Origin: a virus
Lineage: Duplodnaviria > Caudoviricetes
Direction: 5' to 3' (one strand)
Virus record (IMG/VR): IMGVR_UViG_2895847146_000001
Span: 53,959 to 117,958 of that record
Length of the DNA stretch: 64,000 bases
The notes under the pieces are model-generated. The model made no database searches, was not told the origin of the DNA, and worked only from the letters and a program-made list of their open reading frames with translations. Position numbers and translations under genes: made by a program. This document shows positions 38,001 through 46,487 of the stretch, one piece after another (the first letter of the stretch is position 1; every line of letters begins with the position of its first letter).

Positions 38001-38240
38001 GTGGTGCAGCAGGAAGTAGTGGCGGCCGGTAGCACCGTCCTGCGCCCCGCCGACACAGCGCACGGTTCCTTCCGTCGGCAGCCAGTCGGCCTCAGCCAGC
38101 AGGCGGTTGCCCCAGGCGGCCTCGATGGCGCCACGTTCCAGGACCACGTTGCGGGCCGCGGTGAACTTGTTGGCCGGCACGTTGTCCTTGGCGGTGTCGG
38201 TATCGAGCCCTCCGACGAAGATTTGGCGGGAAATGAGCAT
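35022..38240 (-). CDS. tail stabilisation/muzzle protein (P22 gp10-like)
   Basis: FVGGLDTD..FTAARNV N-terminus, beta-propeller-like composition, 1072 aa, gene position. Confidence 0.8.
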   Translation of the reverse strand: MLISRQIFVGGLDTDTAKDNVPANKFTAARNVVLERGAIEAAWGNRLLAEADWLPTEGTVRCVGGAQDGATGRHYFLLHHSGGQHLIARLTPADNNAYELVLQWEGLAVPATVTKNVCFLDGLLLWLDANKEIRALPVGKPAEFAPAVLQADPLALHVVRQPHQGTVGVERLANTNVSDVRSTLNRIAGNAWQVALQYEYTNGERTPLGSYSPVLPRRITTAAAVEADPRNYIHVTLPTEVPPLVQTVRVLVRRDDEPQWEVAAALERVSGLFPTSYDFYGVTTGEAIPALDAAKLYESIPIEAGAMTVARSHIFVGDCRESLTVTPVNWSLDLITGTGAPTGNTTGTVYQVDTDYVEQVGDPDGGTHQESRVRTAFYAVASGAYPDAGSTYQQVALNNGVYYAVVATTPKTYQQVFVDFAPDEQLGENRIVTPLPNQQIAPFGTQPPPTLDGQETFHENTSYRLGVAFYDRLGRTAGATSLKDLNIPRQQVGLLAARNVSWKLNTAELDQTAEIPAWAYTYAILLSKNRTIRFFQQFITDQLRQYRGDKADGSADLVPVDENNTSLMKSLWVSMTTLQTSGRGYEFQPGDRVRFPDLDPTADYPILYQRGEYLALSPLALYQFVSPSGDEISSPQPRVEIYRPVTFSEESVLYERSPRFPIARFTPEGGFQQRRYTTTSGVLTGDTFLLNGYEAMNPTATQANIWLDASRGRAIPVIINGEQIRRFSLLRYSGVKVQGTRLMGLSVWDATAQDDLPQEQGAIVALEVADQTQAEGTLLLAVQENGAESRYLGQTALQQADGQTTLALTKGVIGGGNALRGGYGCLPEHAATVSEFAGRVFYYCQRRREVIRYAQNGASPLAKDKTARARVRELAAQYAGATVHGAYDPGTESYLLFFGEANGNPPVALVFSERAGQFADLWDLPAEAGMAYDDHLLSFENGLPWQHRPEHDRLRFFGKPVTMQVTAAVNEGSEASKTWKALAVVSPQKWSVVVSNDLGQQSRILAPWMVTEKGIWRAAFRRDENTPNLTPATALHLGRELQSPTLDVTLSYTGTEKAQLVSTDLIFLPLAP

Positions 38241-38243
38241 TTA

Positions 38244-38450
38244 CTATGCTTCTTGAGGCGTACTCGTTGAAAACTCCACTTCGGTGCCACTTATGCCCTT
38301 GGCGCAGAACTCTTTCATGGCTTCGTGTAGATTGGCGGGGTGTAGTTGGTAAGAAGTAATGACTGTTTCTTTCGATGGCGCCCCGCTAAAGAAGGTTATC
38401 GTGGTCATTTCGCCAGGCTTAGAATCTGAAATAATGGCTTTTTGGGTCAT
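38244..38450 (-). CDS. small hypothetical protein
   Basis: Tightly packed ORF. Confidence 0.5.
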   Translation of the reverse strand: MTQKAIISDSKPGEMTTITFFSGAPSKETVITSYQLHPANLHEAMKEFCAKGISGTEVEFSTSTPQEA

Positions 38451-38457
38451 GGTATGG

Positions 38458-38787
38458 TTATAGGGCAGAAAATTGGGATTCGAGCTGAGCGACTTCGCTC
38501 TGCCACACTTGAATTTGGCTTTTGATGGCTTCGGCTAAGACCCTCTCGGATACCTCAACAGTTATGTCGGGAATCATCTTGGAGAGCAGGTCTTTAGCGG
38601 GAAAACCATCATACCCTGTCTTTTCAGCTACCGACAAAATGGCGAGTTTGCGGCGAGCTATCGGCTTCGCGTAGCCAACAGCAATAAACTCCTGATCCAG
38701 TGCCTGGGTGGCTTGGGAAATTTTGCGCTCCAATGCGCTTATTCTCTGGCGCAGGTCGGTTGCTTGATTGTGTTTTTGTAAATCCAT
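38458..38787 (-). CDS. hypothetical coiled-coil protein
   Basis: Tightly packed ORF. Confidence 0.6.
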   Translation of the reverse strand: MDLQKHNQATDLRQRISALERKISQATQALDQEFIAVGYAKPIARRKLAILSVAEKTGYDGFPAKDLLSKMIPDITVEVSERVLAEAIKSQIQVWQSEVAQLESQFSAL

Positions 38788-38805
38788 GACAGGGATTGGT
38801 GAGGG

Positions 38806-39570
38806 TTAGCGGAAGATGCCCCGGGCGTGGTTGGCCTGGGCGGCGTAAGCGTCGGTAATACTAAAGGTGGAACTGCGGTCCTCGGCCTTGTCTTTGGCCT
38901 TGTGATACAGGCGCTCAAACTCACGGGCGGCTCCCAAGTCCTTTTTGACGTAGAGGTAAAACTGCCACGTCAGATACAGGCTTAGCGGCTTGTCCCAGAG
39001 CGGGTTAATCACCCACCCCTCGTTGCCCACGGTAGAAAAGGCGTGGTACTGCAGAATTAGGGTGCGGTCTTGCGGTACTTCCGTCGAGCAGATAATGCGG
39101 CGGCCGGGGCCGTCAATCTTAAACTCCTGCCCGTAGCCAGGGTAGCCCTCCCCGTACAGCTCGCCGCCTGGCCAGCCCAGGTAGGCGTGGCGCAGGCCGA
39201 CACGGGGCACTACGCCCTCGGCTTCGGGTACGGCTACGACTTCCTCCGCCAGCGAGCCTTGTAGAAACGGCTCGTAGCTGGGCGGCAGGTTGGTCAGGCT
39301 ACCGTTGTAGGTGAGGTTGCGCACGTAGTCCCCGTTGCGCACCCCCACCATCACGTAGTTGTCGTAGTCGTCCGGCAGAACAGCCGTGCGGTCAGGCAGA
39401 ATAGCCAACTCCACGGTGCGGTTTTCCCGGCCGGTATCGGATACGTAGCCCACCCAGAAGTCGAAGACGTGGGGCAGCATCTGCGCGTAGTAGTGGGCCG
39501 GCGCATCCCCCATTTTCTGGAGGAACTTGCGCAGTACCGTGTCGAGCGTGAAAAGTTGGCGGGTCTGCAT
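38806..39570 (-). CDS. tail ring/tubular protein
   Basis: LPDDYDNYVMVG motif seen in crAss-related ring proteins; gene position. Confidence 0.7.
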   Translation of the reverse strand: MQTRQLFTLDTVLRKFLQKMGDAPAHYYAQMLPHVFDFWVGYVSDTGRENRTVELAILPDRTAVLPDDYDNYVMVGVRNGDYVRNLTYNGSLTNLPPSYEPFLQGSLAEEVVAVPEAEGVVPRVGLRHAYLGWPGGELYGEGYPGYGQEFKIDGPGRRIICSTEVPQDRTLILQYHAFSTVGNEGWVINPLWDKPLSLYLTWQFYLYVKKDLGAAREFERLYHKAKDKAEDRSSTFSITDAYAAQANHARGIFR

Positions 39571-39765
39571 CTAAACGAATTGAGTGGCTTTTGCCTCAGC
39601 CAAAATGTATTCGAGTTCGGCTACTGTGAGTTTAATTTGGCACTCGCCGTGCTGATAAATATTCACATGATCTGACTCAAAAAAGGCGTCCGTATCGCCG
39701 TTAATCTCGTGAACATTAGCGCCGGGTAAGCACTGATTTGCGGGGTATTTACGCGGGCTACTCAT
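39571..39765 (-). CDS. small hypothetical protein
   Basis: Packed ORF. Confidence 0.5.
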   Translation of the reverse strand: MSSPRKYPANQCLPGANVHEINGDTDAFFESDHVNIYQHGECQIKLTVAELEYILAEAKATQFV

Positions 39766-39955
39766 AGCACTTCGCTACTTTATCGGGCCGGAGCAGTACA
39801 TCATCTTCCTGGTCGGGGTGCTGGACCACCAATATGTCACCGCTGGTTGAGGGCAGTATCTCGGAAATCAAGTAGTCGATGCCTTCCTGGAAGGTCAGCG
39901 GCTTGGCTACATCGTCGTAGTGCGTGTAGTCGCGGGAGGGTGTGAGGTGCTGCAT
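39758..39955 (-). CDS. small hypothetical protein
   Basis: Packed ORF. Confidence 0.5.
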   Translation of the reverse strand: MQHLTPSRDYTHYDDVAKPLTFQEGIDYLISEILPSTSGDILVVQHPDQEDDVLLRPDKVAKCYE

Positions 39956-39958
39956 TGA

Positions 39959-40252
39959 CTACTCTACTGATATGGTGTGCGTGATAAAGCCTTTAGGTAC
40001 ATCAGCCACAACAAGCCGAATATTTACGCCGCGAATCACAAACGATGTGATATTGGCAAAGTCAAATCCCCCTGGAATTTGCACGGTGGCATAGTCGATA
40101 TATACCGCCATGAACCGGTTAAATTGACGCATTACAGCCCTGTACTCCTCTTCTGGCAGCAAGCACAGTAGCCCCCACCCGTTCGGTATTGGGTAAATTC
40201 TCTCCTGGCACTTACTTATCTCGTCGTTTACTTTATCAAAAAAGGCTTCCAT
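39959..40252 (-). CDS. hypothetical protein
   Basis: Packed ORF, lower GC. Confidence 0.55.
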   Translation of the reverse strand: MEAFFDKVNDEISKCQERIYPIPNGWGLLCLLPEEEYRAVMRQFNRFMAVYIDYATVQIPGGFDFANITSFVIRGVNIRLVVADVPKGFITHTISVE

Positions 40253-40262
40253 TGGTCAGGGG

Positions 40263-41129
40263 TTATGGAATGGTGGTGGAATTGTTGTCGTTCAGTTTGT
40301 CCTCGGCCTTGCGCTTGAGGGCGAATTGCTGGGCCAGCTTCAGGATTTCAAAGTCGTGGGCGGCGGCAATCAGCGGGGCCTCGGGCAAAGTGGTCAGGCG
40401 GGAGTCGCGGAGAATGAGCTTGGCCAGCAACTTTGCAGCGGCAATAGGCTTCATGCCCCGGTCCCGCGAGTATTTGATGCGGGCGCCTTCACGGCGGAAC
40501 CCGTAGCGGCCAAATAGTCCAAAGGGCAGCGTCTGGTCGATGAGCAGCTCCTGGCCTGGGGTCAGTTTTACCAGCGTGCCCTCGGTGTGGCGCCGGTCTA
40601 CTTCCTTGACGGCCATTACCGCGTACACGCCCTCCTCGCCGGGCAGGTTCTGGTAGCGGCGCAGGTTTACAAACGCCTCGGGCAGCTCCGAATACTGCTC
40701 CTCCGTATCGGGGTCGGTCAGTACCTGCAGAATAAAGGTCTGCATCCACCGCTCCGGAGTTTCGCCAAACTCGGACTTGGCCCGCACGTCGTCAAAGAAG
40801 CTCTCGCGCTCCAGCTTCTGCCGGGTTACGAAGTCAGCCTGCTCTATTTCCTTGTTCTTGCGGGTAATTTCGGCATCGAGCCACAACCGGGCCTGCTGCA
40901 CCCACAACCGCAGTTCGCGGGTGGTGTAGGGCGAATCGGCCGTGGGTGGCCCGCCCACCAGCCAGTGGTGGAGCTGGTCGGCCAGAATCAGGTCACGGGC
41001 CGCGTCAGGCCGGCCCAGAAAGGCGTAGGGCAAGGCCGGGGCCGGCACCACGGGAGCCGTGTCGCCCGCGCCGGGCGCGTCCAGTCCTCTCGTTGCCTCG
41101 TCTTCGGTTGTAAGTGCCTCGTCTGCCAT
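40263..41129 (-). CDS. tail ring/structural protein
   Basis: Position between ring genes; 288 aa. Confidence 0.6.
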   Translation of the reverse strand: MADEALTTEDEATRGLDAPGAGDTAPVVPAPALPYAFLGRPDAARDLILADQLHHWLVGGPPTADSPYTTRELRLWVQQARLWLDAEITRKNKEIEQADFVTRQKLERESFFDDVRAKSEFGETPERWMQTFILQVLTDPDTEEQYSELPEAFVNLRRYQNLPGEEGVYAVMAVKEVDRRHTEGTLVKLTPGQELLIDQTLPFGLFGRYGFRREGARIKYSRDRGMKPIAAAKLLAKLILRDSRLTTLPEAPLIAAAHDFEILKLAQQFALKRKAEDKLNDNNSTTIP

Positions 41130-41132
41130 TGC

Positions 41133-41858
41133 TTATTCGCCTTTTTCTGCTTGATACTGCCCAAACTGCTGCACGGCAGCGTCGCGTCCTTCCACGCCCA
41201 GGATTTTCAGCGCCCGGGCAATCAACTCGTTTTCGTTGGCCTCGGGCCAGCCGTGGTCTACACTGTTGGCGTCGTCATACGTTGGCTCGCCTTCCGCATC
41301 ACGGATGATTTCGCCTTGGGAGTCGAGTTTCAGCGCGTAGCGGGGTTCGGGCGGCAAGGCCAGGTAGCCGAAGGTGACGGCGGCCACGTCCTTGGGGTAG
41401 AGCTGGTAGCCCTTGTCTACCACGGCGATAATCGGGTACTCAGCCGTGGGCGCGTTTACGGGGCTTTTCAGGCGGAAGGCCAGCTGGTTGTCGTTGACAA
41501 TGCGGGCGGTTTCCTCGGCCCCGGGCACGTCGAAGGCCGTGGGCCGCACATAGCCCTTGGGAAAGGGAATGAACCCGTTGGCGAGCTTCACGGCCGGGGC
41601 AGTGGGAGAAACCGCGTAGTCCTGGCTCTTTTTGAAGGGGTGCAGGGCCACGTTAATGGTCGTGTTCAGCTGGTAACCCTCGCGGGGAATGGGCCGGCCG
41701 GGAGCGTACTCCGAAACCGGCCCATTGTAGTGCGCAAACAACTCCCGGGAGGCTACCAGCAGGGCGTCGTCAATCTCGGGGTCAGTACTATAGCCCCGGG
41801 TCTGGTTGACCATCTGCTTGAGAAAGCGATGCACGAAATAGATCCGCTTGTTAGCCAT
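41133..41858 (-). CDS. head-tail ring protein (P22 gp4-like)
   Basis: NQTRGY..PEID, SPVNAPT.EYPI, Y...P..P.Y and ALKILGV motifs. Confidence 0.75.
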   Translation of the reverse strand: MANKRIYFVHRFLKQMVNQTRGYSTDPEIDDALLVASRELFAHYNGPVSEYAPGRPIPREGYQLNTTINVALHPFKKSQDYAVSPTAPAVKLANGFIPFPKGYVRPTAFDVPGAEETARIVNDNQLAFRLKSPVNAPTAEYPIIAVVDKGYQLYPKDVAAVTFGYLALPPEPRYALKLDSQGEIIRDAEGEPTYDDANSVDHGWPEANENELIARALKILGVEGRDAAVQQFGQYQAEKGE

Positions 41859-41869
41859 TCCCTCGTTGC

Positions 41870-42799
41870 TTATTTATTCTTTTCGCGCTGGGCTACCGCT
41901 TTCTCGATAGCCTTCTTAATCGGCTCGTGGTTGGGCAGAATCAGGAAGTCCGCCATTGCATCCTCCACTTTCTGGCCCGGCAGCACGATGCACAGGAACT
42001 TGCGCTCAGGCAGCAATACCCACTGCGCCTGCTGGCGGTCATAGGCAATCACCTCGTGCTTCACGGCGTTGTCCACGAGCTTGAACAGGCGCTCCTCGTC
42101 AGCCTCGAACCGCTTGATAAGGGTTTCTGGGTCGCTCTCGGCCAGCGCCATGTAGTTGTTGCGCAATTCGCTGTCGTCGTCCTCCTTGAGGGTGCCCGCT
42201 TCCAGACGCTCGGTGATGTAGGCCGGCACCGATACGCCCACTTTGGGGGCCAGACGCACGAGCTGGGTCACGTCGGCCAGGATAATGGCCTCGTTGGCAA
42301 TGGCCACGTTCTTCTTACGCTTGAACAGGTCGGCGGCCGTCTTCTCGGGGCGAATCACCTCAAACATATAGCCGTCGGCGGGCTGGCTATGGGCCGGATT
42401 GCAGCAGTTCTTATTGTAGTTGCTGAACATGAGCCGATGGTAGAGGTCGGGCTGCCGGTTGGGAACCACCTCCACCTGGGCCATTGACGCCCGTTTGAAC
42501 TCGACCAGCAAGGGCTTGGCCGTCGGCGTTACCGGCCCCCCGAAGTAGGCCAGGCCCACATACTGACTTGTGCCGGGGTCGAGAATGTTTTCCACCAGGG
42601 GCAGGTTCGACCAGTTTTTGGTCACGTTGCGCTTGCTGGTGCCGTACATGCTGGATTCAATTTCCTGCATGGGTGAGCCCTTCTGGATGGCGCGGAAAAT
42701 AACCTTCTGGTTGGGGTTAATATCCTTAGGCAGCGAGTCGAGTAGATCCTGGCTAAAGTTGTTGTAGACCGCTTGCGGTACTTGGAATAGTTGAGTCAT
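41870..42799 (-). CDS. conserved protein downstream of the major capsid gene
   Basis: 309 aa; synteny with crAss-related capsid modules. Confidence 0.7.
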   Translation of the reverse strand: MTQLFQVPQAVYNNFSQDLLDSLPKDINPNQKVIFRAIQKGSPMQEIESSMYGTSKRNVTKNWSNLPLVENILDPGTSQYVGLAYFGGPVTPTAKPLLVEFKRASMAQVEVVPNRQPDLYHRLMFSNYNKNCCNPAHSQPADGYMFEVIRPEKTAADLFKRKKNVAIANEAIILADVTQLVRLAPKVGVSVPAYITERLEAGTLKEDDDSELRNNYMALAESDPETLIKRFEADEERLFKLVDNAVKHEVIAYDRQQAQWVLLPERKFLCIVLPGQKVEDAMADFLILPNHEPIKKAIEKAVAQREKNK

Positions 42800-42829
42800 G
42801 GGTTGTTGTGAAGGGGTTGGTTTGGGCGA

Positions 42830-42896
42830 GAAAGATACACATTCTATCTCGTTTTTCCAGATAGAAAAATTGGATTTGTCTGGAAAAGCGAGACAG
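42830..42896 (-). promoter_or_regulatory. promoter (TATCTTTC) with paired operators
   Basis: CTATCTCG-TTTTT-CCAGATAG at 42844; TTGTCTGG-AAAAG-CGAGACAG at 42876. Confidence 0.7.
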
Positions 42897-42925
42897 AAAA
42901 AAAGCCGACCCTATAAGAGCCGGCC
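42897..42925 (-). terminator. capsid operon terminator
   Basis: GGCCGGCTCT-TAT-AGGGTCGGC followed by TTTTTTT on the minus strand. Confidence 0.75.
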
Positions 42926-42927
42926 TT

Positions 42928-42957
42928 TCTCACCAAAACCCAACCCCTGTCGTTGGG
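42928..42957 (-). ncRNA. capsid 3'-UTR antisense element complementary to the terL leader
   Basis: CAACGACAGGGGTTGGGTTTTGGTGAGA is complementary to 52807-52833 on the terL mRNA. Confidence 0.6.
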
Positions 42958-42971
42958 AAGTTTAGGCGGGC

Positions 42972-44411
42972 TTAGGCAGCCAGCGCCTTGATTTTAATCA
43001 TTTTTCGGGTGTTCGTGATCTGGGGAACAACCTGCGTGAGCAGTTCCAGAGCCGTCTGGTCGCGGCCGGTGATGGCGCGGGGGAACGGGTCGAACTTGTA
43101 GCGGCGAATCGAGCCGTCAAACTCGGTGGTGTACTTCACCTCCAGGGTGTTGACGCTGATTTTGTTCTTGCGGCCGTTCTCGCTTACGTCTACCGATTGC
43201 CGCTTGGAAGGAATCAGGTAGCCGTCGTTGGGGAAGTTGTAGCCGTTGATACCGGTCAACTCGGGCAGGCTCAGCATGTCGGTCTGAATCAGACGGAAGG
43301 TGATGCCGCCGTAGACAATGGCCATTACGCCCAGGTCTACCATCTTCTGCTTGGGGTCGCCGTCACCGAAGTTGCTGTAGTCGATACCGGTCTGGCCGGT
43401 AGCACCGATAGCCTGGTTGAAGACTTTCTGCACGGCGCGGAACAGAGCCGAGCCCGCATAGAAGTCGTACACGTTGCCGCCGTTCACCGCGTCAATCTGG
43501 GCCACAATCAGGTCCAGGTCGGCCAGCGAGAAGGTGCCGACGGTGTAGCGGTACTCGTTACCCATCTTGTCGATGGCGGTATCCACGCCCAAGCACATGC
43601 GAACCGGCTCATTGGCTTCGTTCATCGTGAAGCCACCCGAACCGAACCAGATAGCGAGCAATTCCTTGATGCGGTGCTCAGCGCCCATTTCTACTTCCTG
43701 CTTGAAGTAGTAGCGGTTCTTGCCGGTCCAGTCAATAATCTCCACGGCGTTGGCGTCGCCGGTGGCGGCACGGTGGGTCTTGATGATCTGAGCCTGGTTG
43801 CGCCACTGCGTGGTGCTCTGCTCCAGCCCTTCGGTTGGGGCGTAGGTACCTTCCCCGAAGGCGTTGGAGTACACGAACAGCGGGGTGCCGCTGGTAATGT
43901 GGTCCTGAACGGCCTGGGTGATGTTTTCCGACGAGCCGGTGACGCCGCGCAGGGTGAACTGCGTGGTAGCGCCCGAGCCGGCCTTGATGCGGACAATACC
44001 CGTCGCGCCGTTCCGGAAGCGAATCAGGTCGTCCTTCATCAGGGACGTGCGAGCCACGGTGCCGCCGAGCGATTCGGTATCCAGGAACGAGTCGGCGGTG
44101 AGGGTAACGACCACTTCCGAAGCGGTGCCGGAGCCCACGATAGCGCCGATTTTCACGGGGCGGAACATGGGGCCTTGCTCGAAGGAGCGGACTTCCAGGT
44201 CTTTGGTGGTGCTTACCCGCTTGCTGGTTTCCAGCATGGCCAGCACGTCGCGCCAGTTGTAGTAGGGAGAAACCTCCGAAATGGCCTGACGCACAACCAG
44301 CGGCGCATTGTCGCTGAAATAGTCGTTCAGACCCATGAATTTGGTATCTACCCGGGGTACGGCAACTACGTTGTTGTCGAGGGTAGTAACGTTTACAAAA
44401 CCGTTAGGCAT
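42972..44411 (-). CDS. major capsid protein
   Basis: 479 aa after the scaffold gene; SNAFGEGT..P, NQAQIIK, E..H...E...WFG and GV...I features; followed by a terminator. Confidence 0.85.
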   Translation of the reverse strand: MPNGFVNVTTLDNNVVAVPRVDTKFMGLNDYFSDNAPLVVRQAISEVSPYYNWRDVLAMLETSKRVSTTKDLEVRSFEQGPMFRPVKIGAIVGSGTASEVVVTLTADSFLDTESLGGTVARTSLMKDDLIRFRNGATGIVRIKAGSGATTQFTLRGVTGSSENITQAVQDHITSGTPLFVYSNAFGEGTYAPTEGLEQSTTQWRNQAQIIKTHRAATGDANAVEIIDWTGKNRYYFKQEVEMGAEHRIKELLAIWFGSGGFTMNEANEPVRMCLGVDTAIDKMGNEYRYTVGTFSLADLDLIVAQIDAVNGGNVYDFYAGSALFRAVQKVFNQAIGATGQTGIDYSNFGDGDPKQKMVDLGVMAIVYGGITFRLIQTDMLSLPELTGINGYNFPNDGYLIPSKRQSVDVSENGRKNKISVNTLEVKYTTEFDGSIRRYKFDPFPRAITGRDQTALELLTQVVPQITNTRKMIKIKALAA

Positions 44412-44443
44412 GGTCTAGAAAAAGAGAGGTGTCGAAAAGTGGA

Positions 44444-45637
44444 TTAGTTGCCGATGCCGTTCTGCGCCGCAAACTGGCGGGCGAAGGCTTCGGGGCTGAA
44501 GGTGGTGCTGGCAGCGGAGGCGGTGGCCGTAGTGCCCGCGTTGGTGAGCGTATCCAGCTCGACATGCGGCGGCACGAGGTCTTGGCCGATTTTCACCGCG
44601 TTGGCGAACAGTTTGTTGCCTTGGGAGAAGACGGCACTGAGCAGGGCCAGATTCTCCAGGGAAACGGTTTTGCCGTCGGGGTAAACAAAGTTCTGGATGT
44701 GCGTCAGCGGGTCGCGCATTACCTGCCGGGCCAGTTCCGTTTCTTCCGGGGTACTCCCCGCGCTCAGCGTCACCTGCTTGCCGTCGGGTAGCTCTACCGT
44801 CAGGTCAAGGCCAGCGCCAATGAACGAATCCACGTTGGCGTAGTGCGAATCGAGCTGCGCCTGGATTTCGGGGGTAATGGTGGGCGCGGCGGCCGTCTGA
44901 TCCGACGAGGCCGTGGGCACCGATACCCCCGCAAGCAAGGCGCTGGTGCGCTCGTCGCGGTATGAAGTGAGTTCCTGGCGGTCCCGCTCTGCCTGCTTGT
45001 CCATCAACAGCTTGTCAGCGCGGTACTCGGCCGTTTCCTCGAAATCGGGGTGGTCGGGGTCAACACCCACGGCCGCGCCGAATTTTTCAGTAGCCCACTT
45101 GTTGAACCAGCCATCAGCCTCCTCGGCGTCATACTGCGGGTTCTTGCGGGCGAAGTTTTCGCGCATAGCCTGCAGCGCGTCCATCTTCGTGTAGTCTGTA
45201 TCAGCCAGCCGCAGGTACTCGCGGCGGGTTTCGGGGTCCGACAGCAGGGCCAGCGAGCGTTTGTGCTCGTCGGTCAACTGGTTCTGGCGCAGCTGCTCCG
45301 CTTGGGAGAGTTCAGCCGCCAACTCGTCGGCGGTCTTGTACTTGTCACCAAACTTGCTCGTCAGGTAGGCCGTCTCGTCAAAGGCGGTGGCCTGCGTGGT
45401 ATCGGTGCTCGTGCTGGCATCCGTGCCGGCGCCCGCTGTGGGTTCCGTGGCGGCGTCCGTGCTCGTCTTCTCGGCCGGGGCCGCAGCGGCGGCCGTCGAG
45501 GGAGCCGCCGAGTCGCTGCCGGTGGAGGCGTAGCTGCTGGCGAAATTCTGCGTAAAAGCGGTCAGTGCATCCGGCGTCGAAACGTCGGCGGTACTGGTGT
45601 CTGTCGCTAGATTTTGGGAGGTTGCTTCGTCGGCCAT
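44444..45637 (-). CDS. capsid scaffolding protein
   Basis: Acidic low-complexity N-terminus, DYTKMD motif, immediately upstream of the capsid gene. Confidence 0.75.
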   Translation of the reverse strand: MADEATSQNLATDTSTADVSTPDALTAFTQNFASSYASTGSDSAAPSTAAAAAPAEKTSTDAATEPTAGAGTDASTSTDTTQATAFDETAYLTSKFGDKYKTADELAAELSQAEQLRQNQLTDEHKRSLALLSDPETRREYLRLADTDYTKMDALQAMRENFARKNPQYDAEEADGWFNKWATEKFGAAVGVDPDHPDFEETAEYRADKLLMDKQAERDRQELTSYRDERTSALLAGVSVPTASSDQTAAAPTITPEIQAQLDSHYANVDSFIGAGLDLTVELPDGKQVTLSAGSTPEETELARQVMRDPLTHIQNFVYPDGKTVSLENLALLSAVFSQGNKLFANAVKIGQDLVPPHVELDTLTNAGTTATASAASTTFSPEAFARQFAAQNGIGN

Positions 45638-45671
45638 CGGAACACAGGGGGATTTGGTTCCGAAATTTCGT

Positions 45672-45707
45672 CTATCTTGATTTTCGAGATAGAAAACCGT
45701 ACCTTAG
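45672..45707 (+). promoter_or_regulatory. operator plus rightward -7 element in the divergent promoter region
   Basis: CTATCTTG-ATTTT-CGAGATAG followed by TACCTTAG. Confidence 0.65.
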
Positions 45708-45738
45708 ACGCACACATACCGTACAACAGCACAATTTC

Positions 45739-45924
45739 ATGGCCGAGGAGCGTCCCAAGAAGCGGGAGTACCACCGCAAAACAATATTTAAGGCGGAGTA
45801 CACGCCGGAGAGTGCGGCGGAGCGGCGGGCGTTTGCCCTGTTCGCCAAGCTAGACATGAGCCACCAAGCGGGCATCAAGCTGCTTATCAAGCAAGAGGCT
45901 GACCGTCAAGGCATACCGCAATAG
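45739..45924 (+). CDS. small basic, possibly RHH-like, regulator
   Basis: 61 aa; beta strand then two helices (DMSHQAGIKLLIKQEADRQGI). Confidence 0.55.
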   Translation: MAEERPKKREYHRKTIFKAEYTPESAAERRAFALFAKLDMSHQAGIKLLIKQEADRQGIPQ

Positions 45925-45983
45925 ATTGCACCCCCGCACCCCGAGATATTCCCTTTTAGACAACCACAGAAGCCGCCTAAGCC

Positions 45984-46466
45984 ATGTATACTGAAATCTG
46001 CAAAATCATACAAGCCGCGTTGTCGGGCGACAAGGCCAGCGCCGAAGCGTATGCTCGACTACTTGCTGAGAACCTGGATAAAGCTGGACAGCATACAGAG
46101 TCCAACCGAATTCTCCGCGCCCTTGGCGACCAAACCATCCAAGCAACAGCAGCCTCCCTTGACCAAAGTGTGGTTGCGATAGAGCATGCTCCATTCACCG
46201 TGTTACCAGACTGTCGCGCCCCGATTACAAAAGGGAGTATTACCCGCTTGGCGTCTACCTCTTTGCTCAACAACACAAATCCTTGGGTAGCAACCTGCGG
46301 CGTCTGCCATTGTACTGAAGATCTAGGCAAAGGTACGCTAACGCTGCCATCTGACCTCACCGGTCGGGGCTGGCTGAATAGCGAACGTCTAGGGTGGGTA
46401 TGCCCCGGCTGCCAGAAGTTCATGACCCCAGCCGACAATTGCTGGCTAACCGCCGAAAACCGCTAA
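45984..46466 (+). CDS. chimeric protein: AAA-ATPase-like N-terminal helical domain + Zn ribbon
   Basis: MYTEICKIIQAALSGDK..AYARLLAENL N-terminus; CGVCHC...CPGC; no Walker motifs. Confidence 0.6.
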   Translation: MYTEICKIIQAALSGDKASAEAYARLLAENLDKAGQHTESNRILRALGDQTIQATAASLDQSVVAIEHAPFTVLPDCRAPITKGSITRLASTSLLNNTNPWVATCGVCHCTEDLGKGTLTLPSDLTGRGWLNSERLGWVCPGCQKFMTPADNCWLTAENR

Positions 46467-46487
46467 GCCCTTCTAGTTTCTTCCCCC

